Sequence record: NC_069154.1
Source: Klebsiella phage VLCpiS11a
DNA length: 39,791 nt
Reading direction: 5' to 3' (one strand)
Translations under genes and position numbers: made by a program
The notes under the pieces: model-generated
The model's input: the letters and a program-made list of their open reading frames with translations, nothing else
Databases searched by the model: none
What the model was told of the DNA's origin: nothing
Shown here: positions 7,678 through 15,916 of the stretch, piece after piece
Numbering within the stretch: the first letter of the stretch is position 1
Layout: each line of letters starts with the position of its first letter

Positions 7678-7900
7678 GGGTGCCTTCCCCAAGCGCCAGC
7701 CAGCGAGCATCGCACTCCAGCGCATCCGCCAGGCGAAAAATCTGTTCCATACCTAAACTTTTAGTCCGCCCATTCTGCACAAAAGATAAAGCCGACTGCG
7801 AGAGACCACCGCGCATTACGACATCCGTCTGGCGCAGGCCAAGCTGTTTCATCCGCGCGTTAACGCGGAGCTGGAAAGGGTTACGGCGTGCTGTTGCCAT
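7664..7900 (-). CDS. Cro/XRE-family helix-turn-helix regulator (78 aa)
   Basis: LGLRQTDVVMRGGLSQSALSFVQNG is an HTH_XRE pattern. The gene is divergent from the early rightward operon. Confidence 0.7.
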   Translation of the reverse strand: MATARRNPFQLRVNARMKQLGLRQTDVVMRGGLSQSALSFVQNGRTKSLGMEQIFRLADALECDARWLALGEGTPDKK

Positions 7901-7939
7901 TATAGGAATCCTCTTAATAGATATGTTGACGTCTGCAAT

Positions 7940-7967
7940 ACTATAGTATCTAACCGCACATAATCAA
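7940..7967 (-). promoter_or_regulatory. putative leftward early promoter TTGATT-16-TATAGT whose -10 lies within the palindrome ACTATAGT
   Basis: rc of 7962-7967 and 7940-7945. An AAGAGGAT RBS precedes the HTH gene ATG. Confidence 0.4.
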
Positions 7968-8045
7968 GCCGTTTTAATGTGTGCCGCGGCGCAGAAAGGT
8001 AAGTTATTGATTTTAACGGCGCTGCAATTTAATTTGAAAAATCGC

Positions 8046-8075
8046 TTGCAATCCCGATTTATCTGGACATATTAT
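8046..8075 (+). promoter_or_regulatory. putative rightward early promoter TTGCAA-18-TATTAT with an AT-rich UP-like element upstream and a GCAACCAA motif at the predicted +1
   Basis: -35 at 8046-8051, -10 at 8070-8075. AT-rich segment aatttaatttgaaaaat at 8028-8044. Motif at 8080-8087. GTGAGGAT RBS for the 8120 gene. Confidence 0.5.
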
Positions 8076-8119
8076 TACATCGCCGAAACGCAACCAACTT
8101 AACTAAGTGAGGATTTACC

Positions 8120-8611
8120 ATGATCGAGAAATTTTACGCACTGCTGGAGCGCTTTGTTTTAGCCCATGAACTTTTGGCGGATGCCGCGCAAATGCAAGCG
8201 GGTAAAGGCGCACCTGTAGTGCCGTTATTACCCGCCGACGAGCCAGAAGAAAAAGCGCCATCAAAAACCACCCGTGGCCGCAAACCGGCAGCGAAGAAAG
8301 AAGAACCGGAAGACGACGAGCCGGAAGAGAAGACTACCACCAAAAAACGCGGTGGCAAAACCGAAGCGCCAGCAAAACCGGCCCGCAGTAAGAAAGGCGC
8401 CGACAAGCGCGCTGCGATCGGCGAAATGGCAAAAGTGGCTGTAGAAGGCGACGGCCTGGACGATGACGACGCCGACGCGCTGGTGGATAAGTTCGACGAC
8501 CTGCTGGAAGACTTCGAAGTTAAGAACGTCAAAGAGCTGGACGACGACCAGGTGGACGAATTCCACGACGCGCTTAAAGAGCTGATCGAAGAGTTCTACG
8601 ACGCTGAATAA
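8120..8611 (+). CDS. first-early acidic/basic low-complexity protein (163 aa)
   Basis: N-terminal helix, central Lys/Pro/Glu-rich segment (KPAAKKEEPEDDEPEEKTTTKKRGGK...), and a strongly acidic C-terminus (DDDDADALVDKFDDLLEDFE...EEFYDAE). It is the first gene after the early promoter and is followed by its own terminator. Confidence 0.5.
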   Translation: MIEKFYALLERFVLAHELLADAAQMQAGKGAPVVPLLPADEPEEKAPSKTTRGRKPAAKKEEPEDDEPEEKTTTKKRGGKTEAPAKPARSKKGADKRAAIGEMAKVAVEGDGLDDDDADALVDKFDDLLEDFEVKNVKELDDDQVDEFHDALKELIEEFYDAE

Positions 8612-8618
8612 CCGATCT

Positions 8619-8640
8619 GCCCCGGCGTGCCGGGGCTTTT
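8619..8640 (+). terminator. rho-independent terminator after the acidic early gene
   Basis: GCCCCGGC-GTGC-CGGGGC followed by TTTTAA. Confidence 0.55.
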
Positions 8641-8658
8641 AACCAGGAGTAAACCGTT

Positions 8659-9357
8659 ATGCGCCTTACCAAAGATATTAAAAACCAGCTGATCACTAAC
8701 TTGCTGAAACAAGCCCCTCTCGGCCTGCGTGCCATCGCGTGCATGGAAGAACGCCGCGACATCGTGAAGACCGCTCGCCTGCTGTGCCTCGCTGCCGAGA
8801 AGACAACCGACCTCGAGATCCGCGGCCTGCGTGAAATGATTAAGCGCAAGGGTGCGGCGGTCGACAATAATTTTGTAAGTGTCTATGCCGCGGTTTGCGA
8901 AGTGGACAAGGACAATTATCACTCTTACACCATAGACTTTGCCGTCGGTGGCGAGGTCCATTGTCGAATGCTGGACGGGTTCGACCGCCACTATCAGCCA
9001 GGGATCGGGCGTCGTGCGCTTCATGATTGTGAATATTTCGGCTGGTGGCTGTATGAGCTGGCGGAGTTCAAGGACGATGGATACTTCCTGCCGCGTGAGC
9101 GCGTCCTGATTGATGCCGACCCGGCATTGCAGGAGCGTATCGCGAAAGCGGATGCGGAGTATCGGGATCTGTTCTCGGAAGTTGTAGCATGGCGCGCGAC
9201 CATGCGCTCAAATCTGGCGGCGGTGAACACTTCCGAAAAATTGCGCGAAGTATGGCCGGAAGCATTCCCATTCTTACCGGCGCAGGCTAAAACGCAGACG
9301 GCAGCGATCGCGCTGTCACCTGAAACCCTTAACGCTTTATGTGGGCTGCCGAAATGA
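8659..9357 (+). CDS. hypothetical early protein (232 aa)
   Basis: ORF with a CAGGAGT RBS. No recognisable motif. Confidence 0.5.
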   Translation: MRLTKDIKNQLITNLLKQAPLGLRAIACMEERRDIVKTARLLCLAAEKTTDLEIRGLREMIKRKGAAVDNNFVSVYAAVCEVDKDNYHSYTIDFAVGGEVHCRMLDGFDRHYQPGIGRRALHDCEYFGWWLYELAEFKDDGYFLPRERVLIDADPALQERIAKADAEYRDLFSEVVAWRATMRSNLAAVNTSEKLREVWPEAFPFLPAQAKTQTAAIALSPETLNALCGLPK

Positions 9358-9614
9358 AATACACCCTTATGAAAGGCCGCGACTCTCGCGACAACGTGAT
9401 CGCCTTCTGGCTCCTGCGCACCGACGGCGAGACGAAAGAATGCGCATACCTCGGCAAATGCCCGCCGCCGGTTAACCGTGGCGCGCAGGCCGCCCGCATT
9501 AAGCAGGTGACCATGGTTAAGCCTGATTTTTATGTCTTTGAAGACCAGTCAATGTTTGCGCTTCACTGCGACTATGCGTCGGCGTCACTGGTCGCAACCT
9601 GGGAGACTGTGTAA
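9354..9614 (+). CDS. hypothetical protein (about 86 aa)
   Basis: Start taken at the ATG overlapping the upstream TGA in an ATGA arrangement (MKYTLMKGRD...). An alternative start lies at 9339. Confidence 0.4.
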   Translation: MKYTLMKGRDSRDNVIAFWLLRTDGETKECAYLGKCPPPVNRGAQAARIKQVTMVKPDFYVFEDQSMFALHCDYASASLVATWETV

Positions 9615-9784
9615 TGCGTAGGTTTAAGGTTGTGATTGAAACACCTTTTGTTAACGGCGAAATTATCGAATATTTCGAGGTTGAGAACGACGCAACTGAC
9701 GAAGAGATCGCCGCCGAAGCAAAAGATGTTTTCCATAACTCATGTAATTACGTATTTAGCGAGGTTTTTGGCGATGACGAATAG
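9614..9784 (+). CDS. small acidic protein (56 aa, MRRFKVVIETPFVNGEIIEYFEVENDATDEE...)
   Basis: TAATG stop/start overlap with the upstream gene. Below the 60-aa cutoff of the ORF track. Confidence 0.3.
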   Translation: MRRFKVVIETPFVNGEIIEYFEVENDATDEEIAAEAKDVFHNSCNYVFSEVFGDDE

Positions 9785-11138
9785 CAGCGGCAGCAATCAC
9801 GAACACGCCTTGCTGTCTCCGTCCGGGTCTAAAAAATGGCTGGGGTGCTCTGCATCCCTGCTGTGCGAGAAGGACATCCCGAACGAAAGCGGCCAGGCCG
9901 CCATTAACGGGACCGCGATGCACGCGGTATCCGAGGACCTTTTAAACCGGCACATTAAAGGCGAGACCGCTGTAACGGCGGCGCATTACAAGGGCGTCTA
10001 CGTCCTGAATGAAGGCAAAGGCCCGATTAAGGCGGTGGCGGGCAAGCCGCCAGCTGGCTCGGTACTCATCAACGATGAATTCGTGACCATGGTCGGGCGC
10101 TACACCGATTATGCGCTCGGGATCATCTCATCCGCGGAGTACGTGAAGATCGAGATGCGCGCCGAGCTGACTAAGCTACTGCACCCTGGCTATACGGCGG
10201 ATTTTGGTAAAGCGGACTTTATTACCGCGGATGGTAGAAAAGCCAATTTTAAGACGAAAAACGTCGAAATAATTTTTGTTAAAACTTTCGGCACGGCGGA
10301 TCTGGTTGCCGTAATCCCGCGTACAGATGGGACCTTTATGCTGTTTGTCGGTGACCTGAAAACCGGCCGGCACGCGGTCGACGCGAAAGAGAACAAGCAG
10401 CTGATGCTGTACGCGCTGGCTATCCTGGCGAAGCTGCGCAGGCTGTATGACATTACGCTGGTGCGCCTGGCGATATTCCAGCCTTATTGCGGTGGCCCGT
10501 CAGAATGGGACATCACGCCAGAGGGACTGGACATCTTCCGCAAGTTCGCCAGCAAGCGCGCGATCGAGGCGCTTGACGTCTACTACGGCGGTAAGAAAAA
10601 TCTTAAGGCCAGCCATTTCAGGCCGTCGGCGGACGCTTGCCAGTGGTGTCGGTTCAACGAGAAATGCAACGCCAGGACGAAGGCCGCTATCCAAACGGGC
10701 GGCACTACGGCGACGGATGCCGACCTGGGCGACGACAATCACGAAATGACGCCGGAAGAGCTGAAAGCGGCCTATGAAAAGCTGCCGGAGTTGCGCCAGC
10801 ACATTGCCACGATCGAAAAGGCTATGCATGCGGCGCTGCTGTCCGGCGTTGCTGTGCCCGGCTATAAGCTGGTTACCGGTAACGAGGGTAACCGTAAATG
10901 GTCCGACGCTGCGAAGGTTACCGAAATGCTGGAAGGCGCGCGTATCAAGCGCGATATGATGATTAAAGAGTCGCTGATCTCGCCTACCGACGCGGAGAAA
11001 GTCTTTAAGACCGAGAAGCCGCGTATCTGGCGGCGCCTTGAAAAGCTGATCGAGCGCGCCCCCGGCAAACCGACAATTGCGGCAGCGGACGACCCGCGCG
11101 CCGAGTGGAAACAGGCATCCGATGAGGATTTATCATGA
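9774..11138 (+). CDS. DUF2800-type PD-(D/E)XK nuclease (Cas4/RecB-like) with a C-terminal Cys cluster
   Basis: HALLSPSGSKKW N-terminal signature. FVGDLKTGRH is a D-x-K motif. CQWCRFNEKC is a Cas4-like Cys cluster. Start set at MTNSS (9774), which has a GAGG RBS. Confidence 0.7.
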   Translation: MTNSSGSNHEHALLSPSGSKKWLGCSASLLCEKDIPNESGQAAINGTAMHAVSEDLLNRHIKGETAVTAAHYKGVYVLNEGKGPIKAVAGKPPAGSVLINDEFVTMVGRYTDYALGIISSAEYVKIEMRAELTKLLHPGYTADFGKADFITADGRKANFKTKNVEIIFVKTFGTADLVAVIPRTDGTFMLFVGDLKTGRHAVDAKENKQLMLYALAILAKLRRLYDITLVRLAIFQPYCGGPSEWDITPEGLDIFRKFASKRAIEALDVYYGGKKNLKASHFRPSADACQWCRFNEKCNARTKAAIQTGGTTATDADLGDDNHEMTPEELKAAYEKLPELRQHIATIEKAMHAALLSGVAVPGYKLVTGNEGNRKWSDAAKVTEMLEGARIKRDMMIKESLISPTDAEKVFKTEKPRIWRRLEKLIERAPGKPTIAAADDPRAEWKQASDEDLS

Positions 11139-11386
11139 TTTATCGCATGTTGAAAGCTTTGGCCTATGTACTATCTATGGTTATATCTTGGGCTATGATT
11201 GCACCATGTCTGGTGATAGCTATGCCGTTTATCATGCTGGCTTTCACCTATGCCGGGACAATGGATGCCGATGAAATTATGGGCCAGGACACCCGCGCCG
11301 GCCGCCTCATGCGCTGGGTGAATGGCTGGGATTGGCCTAACATCTGGATTTCTTGGGTGGAGCGATTTACCGGGATTTATCATTGA
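11135..11386 (+). CDS. small membrane protein (83 aa, 2 TM)
   Basis: Two hydrophobic segments. ATGA overlap with the nuclease gene. Confidence 0.4.
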   Translation: MIYRMLKALAYVLSMVISWAMIAPCLVIAMPFIMLAFTYAGTMDADEIMGQDTRAGRLMRWVNGWDWPNIWISWVERFTGIYH

Positions 11387-11420
11387 CATCTGCAACCAAC
11401 TAAATTAACGTATTCATACC
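11384..11420 (+). promoter_or_regulatory. putative promoter with consensus -35 TTGACA and a GCAACCAAC motif in the spacer, upstream of the SSB gene
   Basis: TTGACA at 11384-11389; the motif at 11392-11400 overlaps the spacer. The -10 is weak (TAACGT). Confidence 0.35.
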
Positions 11421-11465
11421 GGCCCGGCGGTTTCCGGGAGAAACGCAAAAAGTGAGAAACGAAAA

Positions 11466-12215
11466 ATGGGAATCAAGGTAAATCTGAAAAATGTACGCAT
11501 CTCGTGGTTCTATGGGTTCGAGAAAGCGAAAGCAAAGAATGACGGCGAAAAGGACGCATATCGCGTCGAAATTCTGGTTGACAAGGACGACCACAAAAAT
11601 ATTGCCAAGCTGGACGAAGCGGCTTTAGTGGTAATGACCGAAGCGCTTAAATCGGAAAAGGCTGCCGAGAAATGGCTTAAACGCGAAAGCGGCCTTGATG
11701 GCAATATCTCCAAAGATTGCGCCATCAAAGACGGTGACGAGCGCGACACGGAAGACGAAAATTACGAGCACAAAATCTGGATCCGTGCCAAGTCCTACAA
11801 ACAGCCGCGTATCCTTACCAGCGAAGGTGAAGAGACCCGCGACGGCGAAGAAGACCTCGAAGGAAATGACCTGGAAGGCAAAGTGCCTTACGGCGGCTGC
11901 TTCGCCAACGTGTCGATCGAATTGTGGGGCCAGAATAACGACACAGGCAAAGGGCTGCGCTGTAACTGGCTTGGCGTTAAATTCGTCGAAGATGGTGAAG
12001 CGTTCGGCGGCGGTGGCTCCAGCGAGCGCGCCAATGACGACGATCTGTCCGATGACGAAGACGACGCACCACGCCGCGGCAAGTCCAAGCCGAAACCGTC
12101 CCGCCGCTCACGTGATGAGGATGAAGACGAAGAGGACGAAAAACCCCGCCGTCGCCGTTCTCGCGATGAGGACGAAGACGAGGAGGAAGAGCGACCGCGC
12201 CGCCGTCGCCGCTAA
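11466..12215 (+). CDS. DUF2815-type single-stranded-DNA-binding protein with a repetitive acidic/Arg-rich C-terminus
   Basis: VNLKNVRISWFYGFE N-terminus is typical of DUF2815 (T7 gp2.5-like SSB). It is adjacent to DUF2800 and PolA as in the conserved module. The C-terminus reads PRRRRSRDEDEDEEEERPRRRRR. Confidence 0.6.
   Translation: MGIKVNLKNVRISWFYGFEKAKAKNDGEKDAYRVEILVDKDDHKNIAKLDEAALVVMTEALKSEKAAEKWLKRESGLDGNISKDCAIKDGDERDTEDENYEHKIWIRAKSYKQPRILTSEGEETRDGEEDLEGNDLEGKVPYGGCFANVSIELWGQNNDTGKGLRCNWLGVKFVEDGEAFGGGGSSERANDDDLSDDEDDAPRRGKSKPKPSRRSRDEDEDEEDEKPRRRRSRDEDEDEEEERPRRRRR
12100..12212 (+). repeat. imperfect tandem repeat of about 45 bp (x2) encoding (P)RRRRSRDEDEDEE(D/E)E(K/R)P at the 3' end of the SSB gene
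   Basis: cgccgctcacgtgatgaggatgaagacgaagaggacgaaaaaccc is followed by cgccgtcgccgttctcgcgatgaggacgaagacgaggaggaagagcgaccg. Confidence 0.5.
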
Positions 12216-12262
12216 AACCAAGGCCCGCGAAAGCGGGCTTTTTCATATCCGGAGCGTGAACC

Positions 12263-12454
12263 ATGAAAGAATATTTCACTATCATAAGAACCATTGAAGC
12301 ATTAGGGCCTAATGTATGGTCCGTTGTGGCGCATGTAGAGGGTAAAGAGGCCGCAGACCATGCGCGTGACTTTTTCGAAGCTAACTGGCCTTATGAGAAA
12401 ACAGGTGTAGATGGCGTTGTGAATTACAGGTATGAGGTAATTCGTGATGTATAA
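12263..12454 (+). CDS. hypothetical protein (63 aa)
   Basis: ORF lying between the SSB and polymerase genes. Confidence 0.35.
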   Translation: MKEYFTIIRTIEALGPNVWSVVAHVEGKEAADHARDFFEANWPYEKTGVDGVVNYRYEVIRDV

Positions 12455-12635
12455 ACACAACCGAAACCGCCCCCATGAAACCAGGATCCCCGTCGGACTG
12501 CCGTTGGACGTTGAGGACGCCGGCGAGTATTTAACCCTCCGTCTCGGCCGCAAAATGTACCTGCGAATTGTAGACGTTGACGAACAAGCCCGCCGGCGCA
12601 AAGCAATGACGGCAACCGACGAGGACCTGGAATGA
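12444..12635 (+). CDS. hypothetical protein (63 aa)
   Basis: ORF overlapping its neighbours by a few nt. ATGA overlap with the polymerase start. Confidence 0.35.
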   Translation: MMYKHNRNRPHETRIPVGLPLDVEDAGEYLTLRLGRKMYLRIVDVDEQARRRKAMTATDEDLE

Positions 12636-14818
12636 AGTTCGATAACCTTTTTCTCGACACTGAAACATTCAGCGCCTGCGACCTGAAAAAATGCGGGTCA
12701 TATGCCTATGCTGAACACCCGTCCACCGAAATTATGATAACCACCTTCGCTATTGACGACGGCCCGGTTATGGAATGGGACGCAACGGCAGATCCCCGGA
12801 TGCCGCGGGTATTGCGCCGGGCGCTGCGAGAGGTATGCAAGCAGAACACGAAGAGCCGGATTGTTATGCAAAACGGCCTTTTGTTCGATCGCCTGCTCAT
12901 GCGTCACTGCTGGGGCATCGAGATCCCGGTAAAAAACATCATCGATACGATGATCTGCGCCTACCGGCTATCACTTCCTGGCTCCCTGGACGCGCTGTGC
13001 CGCGTTCTGGAGATATCCGAGGACTTAGCCAAGGATAAAGCCGGTAAAGCGCTGATACAGCGATTCTGTAAGCCTACGCCGAAAAATTACAAGATCCGCC
13101 GCTACACCCGCGAAACGCATCCGGAAGAGTGGCGCCGTTTTCTTAAATACGCCCGCAGCGATATATCGTCAATGCGTGAAGTGTTTTACACGCTGCCGAC
13201 CTGGGGTGACACCGAGAAAGAAAACGAGATACTCGCCATTGACCAGGCGATCAATGACCGCGGATTCTACGTCGACACGGTACTGGCTGAATCTGCGATC
13301 GCCGCGGTGAAACAGCATAAGCTGGACCTGCAGCGCGAGGCGATGGCGAAATACGGCGGCAGCCTGACCGGTAAGGACTTCCTCCCGATCCTGCGAGACC
13401 TGGCGCCGGCGTTTGAGATACCCAACGCGCAGAAGGCGACCCTGGGCGATTTACTCGACGATGAAGACCTGCCGGACGCCGCCCGCGCGCTCATCGAAAT
13501 GCGTCTCGGCGCCGCGTCCACCGCCTCCACCAAGTACGACCCACTGCTGCGCGGCTTATCAAGCGACGGCCGGCGCCGCGGCTGTTTGCAGTATGGCGGC
13601 GCGAAAAGGACGCTGCGCTGGGCGGGTAAAGGCTTCCAGCCGCAGAACCTGGCGCGCGGCCATTATGAAGGCGAAGACCTTGATTACGGGATCCGCTGTC
13701 TTAAGCGCAACCGCATCATGAAGGCTTTCGACATCGCCAAGCTAACGGCGACCACGGTTCGCGGGTGCATTATCGCCGCGCCCGGATGCAAGCTGGTTGT
13801 TGCCGACTACTCAAACGTCGAAGGCCGTGGCCTGGCGTGGATATCCGGCGAAGAGGCAACGCTTAATGTTTTCCGCGCCGGCACTGACCTGTATAAAACG
13901 CTCGCGTCTACCGTCTTCTGCGTGTCGTATGACGATGTGTCGAAGGACCAGCGCCAGATCGCCAAGGCGATGATCCTCGGGCTTGGCTACGGCGGCGGTG
14001 TGGCGGCATTCCTGACATTTGCCAAAAACCTCGGCCTTGACCTTGACCGGCTGGCGCACGACCTGGCGGGCACATTCCCGGACCATATCTGGAAGGCTGC
14101 GCGCCGGGGCTGGGAGTTTGCCCGCATCCAGGAGAAGAACAAGCGAGCACCGAAGGGCAAGAAGGCCGAGCGGCCGTCGTATGACCTGCCGAAAAAAGTA
14201 TGGCTGACCTGTGACGCATTGAAACGCATGTACCGCGAGGCTAACCCGAATATCGTTAATTTCTGGTCCGAGCTGGAAGCGGCAGCATTGAGCGCGATCC
14301 GCAATCCTGGCCGGTCATTTTGGGCGGGCGCCCGGGTACGCGAGAACGGCGACAAGGCTGTTAAGTTCACCCGCACCGTGAAGAACGGAAACCCGGGCTG
14401 GTGGCTTAAGGTTGAGCTGCCGTCTGGTCGCATCCTGTCATATCCAGGGATCGGCTTGTCGGTCGAAAAAGAGGAAGACGAGGACACCGGCGAGATCCGC
14501 ACGCGTACCCGCATCAAATACCAGGGAGAGAACCCGACGACGCGCCAGTGGGGATGGCAGTACACCTATGGCGGCAAGTTGGCGGAAAACATCGTACAGG
14601 CCCTTTGTCGTGACCTGCTGGCCTGGTCAATGCCTGGCGTCGAGGCCGCCGGGTATAAGATTATTCTGTCCGTGCATGACGAACTTTTAACCGAAGTTCC
14701 CGACACGCCGGAGTACACCGTTGCGGAGCTGGAGCGCCTTATGTGCGTGCTGCCGGCGTGGGCCAAAGACTTCCCATTGAGCGCCGAGGGCTGGGAAGGA
14801 AAAAGGTATAAAAAATAA
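12632..14818 (+). CDS. family-A DNA polymerase with 3'-5' exonuclease domain
   Basis: Exo I motif FLDTETFS. Motif A VVADYSNVEGR. Motif B RQIAKAMILGLGYGGG. Motif C SVHDEL. 728 aa. Confidence 0.9.
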   Translation: MKFDNLFLDTETFSACDLKKCGSYAYAEHPSTEIMITTFAIDDGPVMEWDATADPRMPRVLRRALREVCKQNTKSRIVMQNGLLFDRLLMRHCWGIEIPVKNIIDTMICAYRLSLPGSLDALCRVLEISEDLAKDKAGKALIQRFCKPTPKNYKIRRYTRETHPEEWRRFLKYARSDISSMREVFYTLPTWGDTEKENEILAIDQAINDRGFYVDTVLAESAIAAVKQHKLDLQREAMAKYGGSLTGKDFLPILRDLAPAFEIPNAQKATLGDLLDDEDLPDAARALIEMRLGAASTASTKYDPLLRGLSSDGRRRGCLQYGGAKRTLRWAGKGFQPQNLARGHYEGEDLDYGIRCLKRNRIMKAFDIAKLTATTVRGCIIAAPGCKLVVADYSNVEGRGLAWISGEEATLNVFRAGTDLYKTLASTVFCVSYDDVSKDQRQIAKAMILGLGYGGGVAAFLTFAKNLGLDLDRLAHDLAGTFPDHIWKAARRGWEFARIQEKNKRAPKGKKAERPSYDLPKKVWLTCDALKRMYREANPNIVNFWSELEAAALSAIRNPGRSFWAGARVRENGDKAVKFTRTVKNGNPGWWLKVELPSGRILSYPGIGLSVEKEEDEDTGEIRTRTRIKYQGENPTTRQWGWQYTYGGKLAENIVQALCRDLLAWSMPGVEAAGYKIILSVHDELLTEVPDTPEYTVAELERLMCVLPAWAKDFPLSAEGWEGKRYKK

Positions 14819-15162
14819 TGACTTACACAAAAATTAAAGTTGATGTATACGCCCGGGAAGTATGGGTGACCCGTGATATTGAAACCGCGAAACGACTCGC
14901 CTGGCGCTACTGCAAAATCAAGATCACAGACGAGGATTTCAAATGCAAAGGATTTACAGCTAACGGCCTCGGTAACAATGTTGTGTGGCTACACGAATCA
15001 TCTTGGGTGCAAACCCTGGCCCATGAGATGACGCATGTGGCCCTTAACATTTTCCATCACGCTGGCGCGAGCGTGGACACCAATAACCAGGAGCCCACCG
15101 CATATCTGGTGGGGTATCTAACCGGTGCCGCTTTTTACTGGCTGGAGGGTCAAAAGCCATGA
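14818..15162 (+). CDS. small HExxH-motif protein (putative zinc metallopeptidase-like, 114 aa)
   Basis: LAHEMTHVALNIFHHAG. ATGA overlaps with both neighbouring genes. Confidence 0.45.
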   Translation: MTYTKIKVDVYAREVWVTRDIETAKRLAWRYCKIKITDEDFKCKGFTANGLGNNVVWLHESSWVQTLAHEMTHVALNIFHHAGASVDTNNQEPTAYLVGYLTGAAFYWLEGQKP

Positions 15163-15449
15163 CGCCGGAGGGAAGAGTACAGGCTTACGCAATGGCTGAG
15201 TTTAAAAAACTCGGCGGCCTGGTAAGAAAAATAAAGTACGAGGGGCGCAACGGATGCCCCGATCTGCTGGTCATTCTGCCCGGCGGTCTGGTGGTGTTCA
15301 TCGAAATGAAAAAGGCCGCCAATCTCGGGCCTGATCCGCACCAGGCGCGCGAGCATAAGCGGATGCGCCGTCGAGGTGCCATAGTTCGCACAATCGGCAG
15401 CAAAGAGCAGGTGGACAAATTGGTTGCAGAATTAGGCTATAGTGTTTAG
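15159..15449 (+). CDS. VRR-NUC domain nuclease
   Basis: GCPDLLVILPGGLVVFIEMKK matches the VRR-NUC PD-(D/E)XK core. Position between PolA and the SNF2 helicase is the typical one. Confidence 0.75.
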   Translation: MTPEGRVQAYAMAEFKKLGGLVRKIKYEGRNGCPDLLVILPGGLVVFIEMKKAANLGPDPHQAREHKRMRRRGAIVRTIGSKEQVDKLVAELGYSV

Positions 15450-15476
15450 TATGTTGGTTGCTAAGGAGGATATACC

Positions 15477-15740
15477 ATGCCTAAACCTAAATTGAGAAAG
15501 GCCGGCCGGGAGCTGGTTGAAAAATATGGGTCGCTCTCTGCGGCCCCGGATGAGGCGCTTGCTGCCGTTACCAAGCGTTGCAACGGCCCGTGCCGTAAGC
15601 GCAAGCCCTTAAGCGAGTTCCACCGTTACAGCGGGCGCAGCGTGGACGGTTTCCGCGCAGTCTGCAAACAATGCCGCCGGGAAGCCGAACGCGAGCGCCA
15701 GCGGGTTAAGAGAAAACCAGCACAGGAAGAAACCGAATGA
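15477..15740 (+). CDS. Cys-rich (CxxxC...CxxC) zinc-finger-like basic protein (87 aa)
   Basis: CNGPCRKRKP...CKQCRRE. Strong AAGGAGGA RBS. Two TTGGTTGC motifs and a TATAGT lie upstream. Confidence 0.45.
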   Translation: MPKPKLRKAGRELVEKYGSLSAAPDEALAAVTKRCNGPCRKRKPLSEFHRYSGRSVDGFRAVCKQCRREAERERQRVKRKPAQEETE

Positions 15741-15916
15741 GAGTTTTAGCGGGAGCAATCAAACGTGGCGACGTGCTGCAGGTTGGTGATGTTCTGGAAA
15801 CTGTTTTCGATGCCTTCCGATCGCTTGATGCACAGAAACAGGAGATCCGCGTTATCCAGTTCGAAAGCGGGACAGTTATGATCCTGGAATATTCCGATAT
15901 CGTGGAGCGCGTATGA
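15737..15916 (+). CDS. small hypothetical protein (59 aa)
   Basis: ATGA overlaps at both ends. Below the ORF-track cutoff. Confidence 0.3.
   Translation: MRVLAGAIKRGDVLQVGDVLETVFDAFRSLDAQKQEIRVIQFESGTVMILEYSDIVERV

Noticed and set aside
11695-12297. 200-aa alternative-frame ORF over the SSB gene 3' end
   Set aside because: It is produced by the repetitive GA-rich tandem repeat. The SSB frame carries the recognisable DUF2815 N-terminus.
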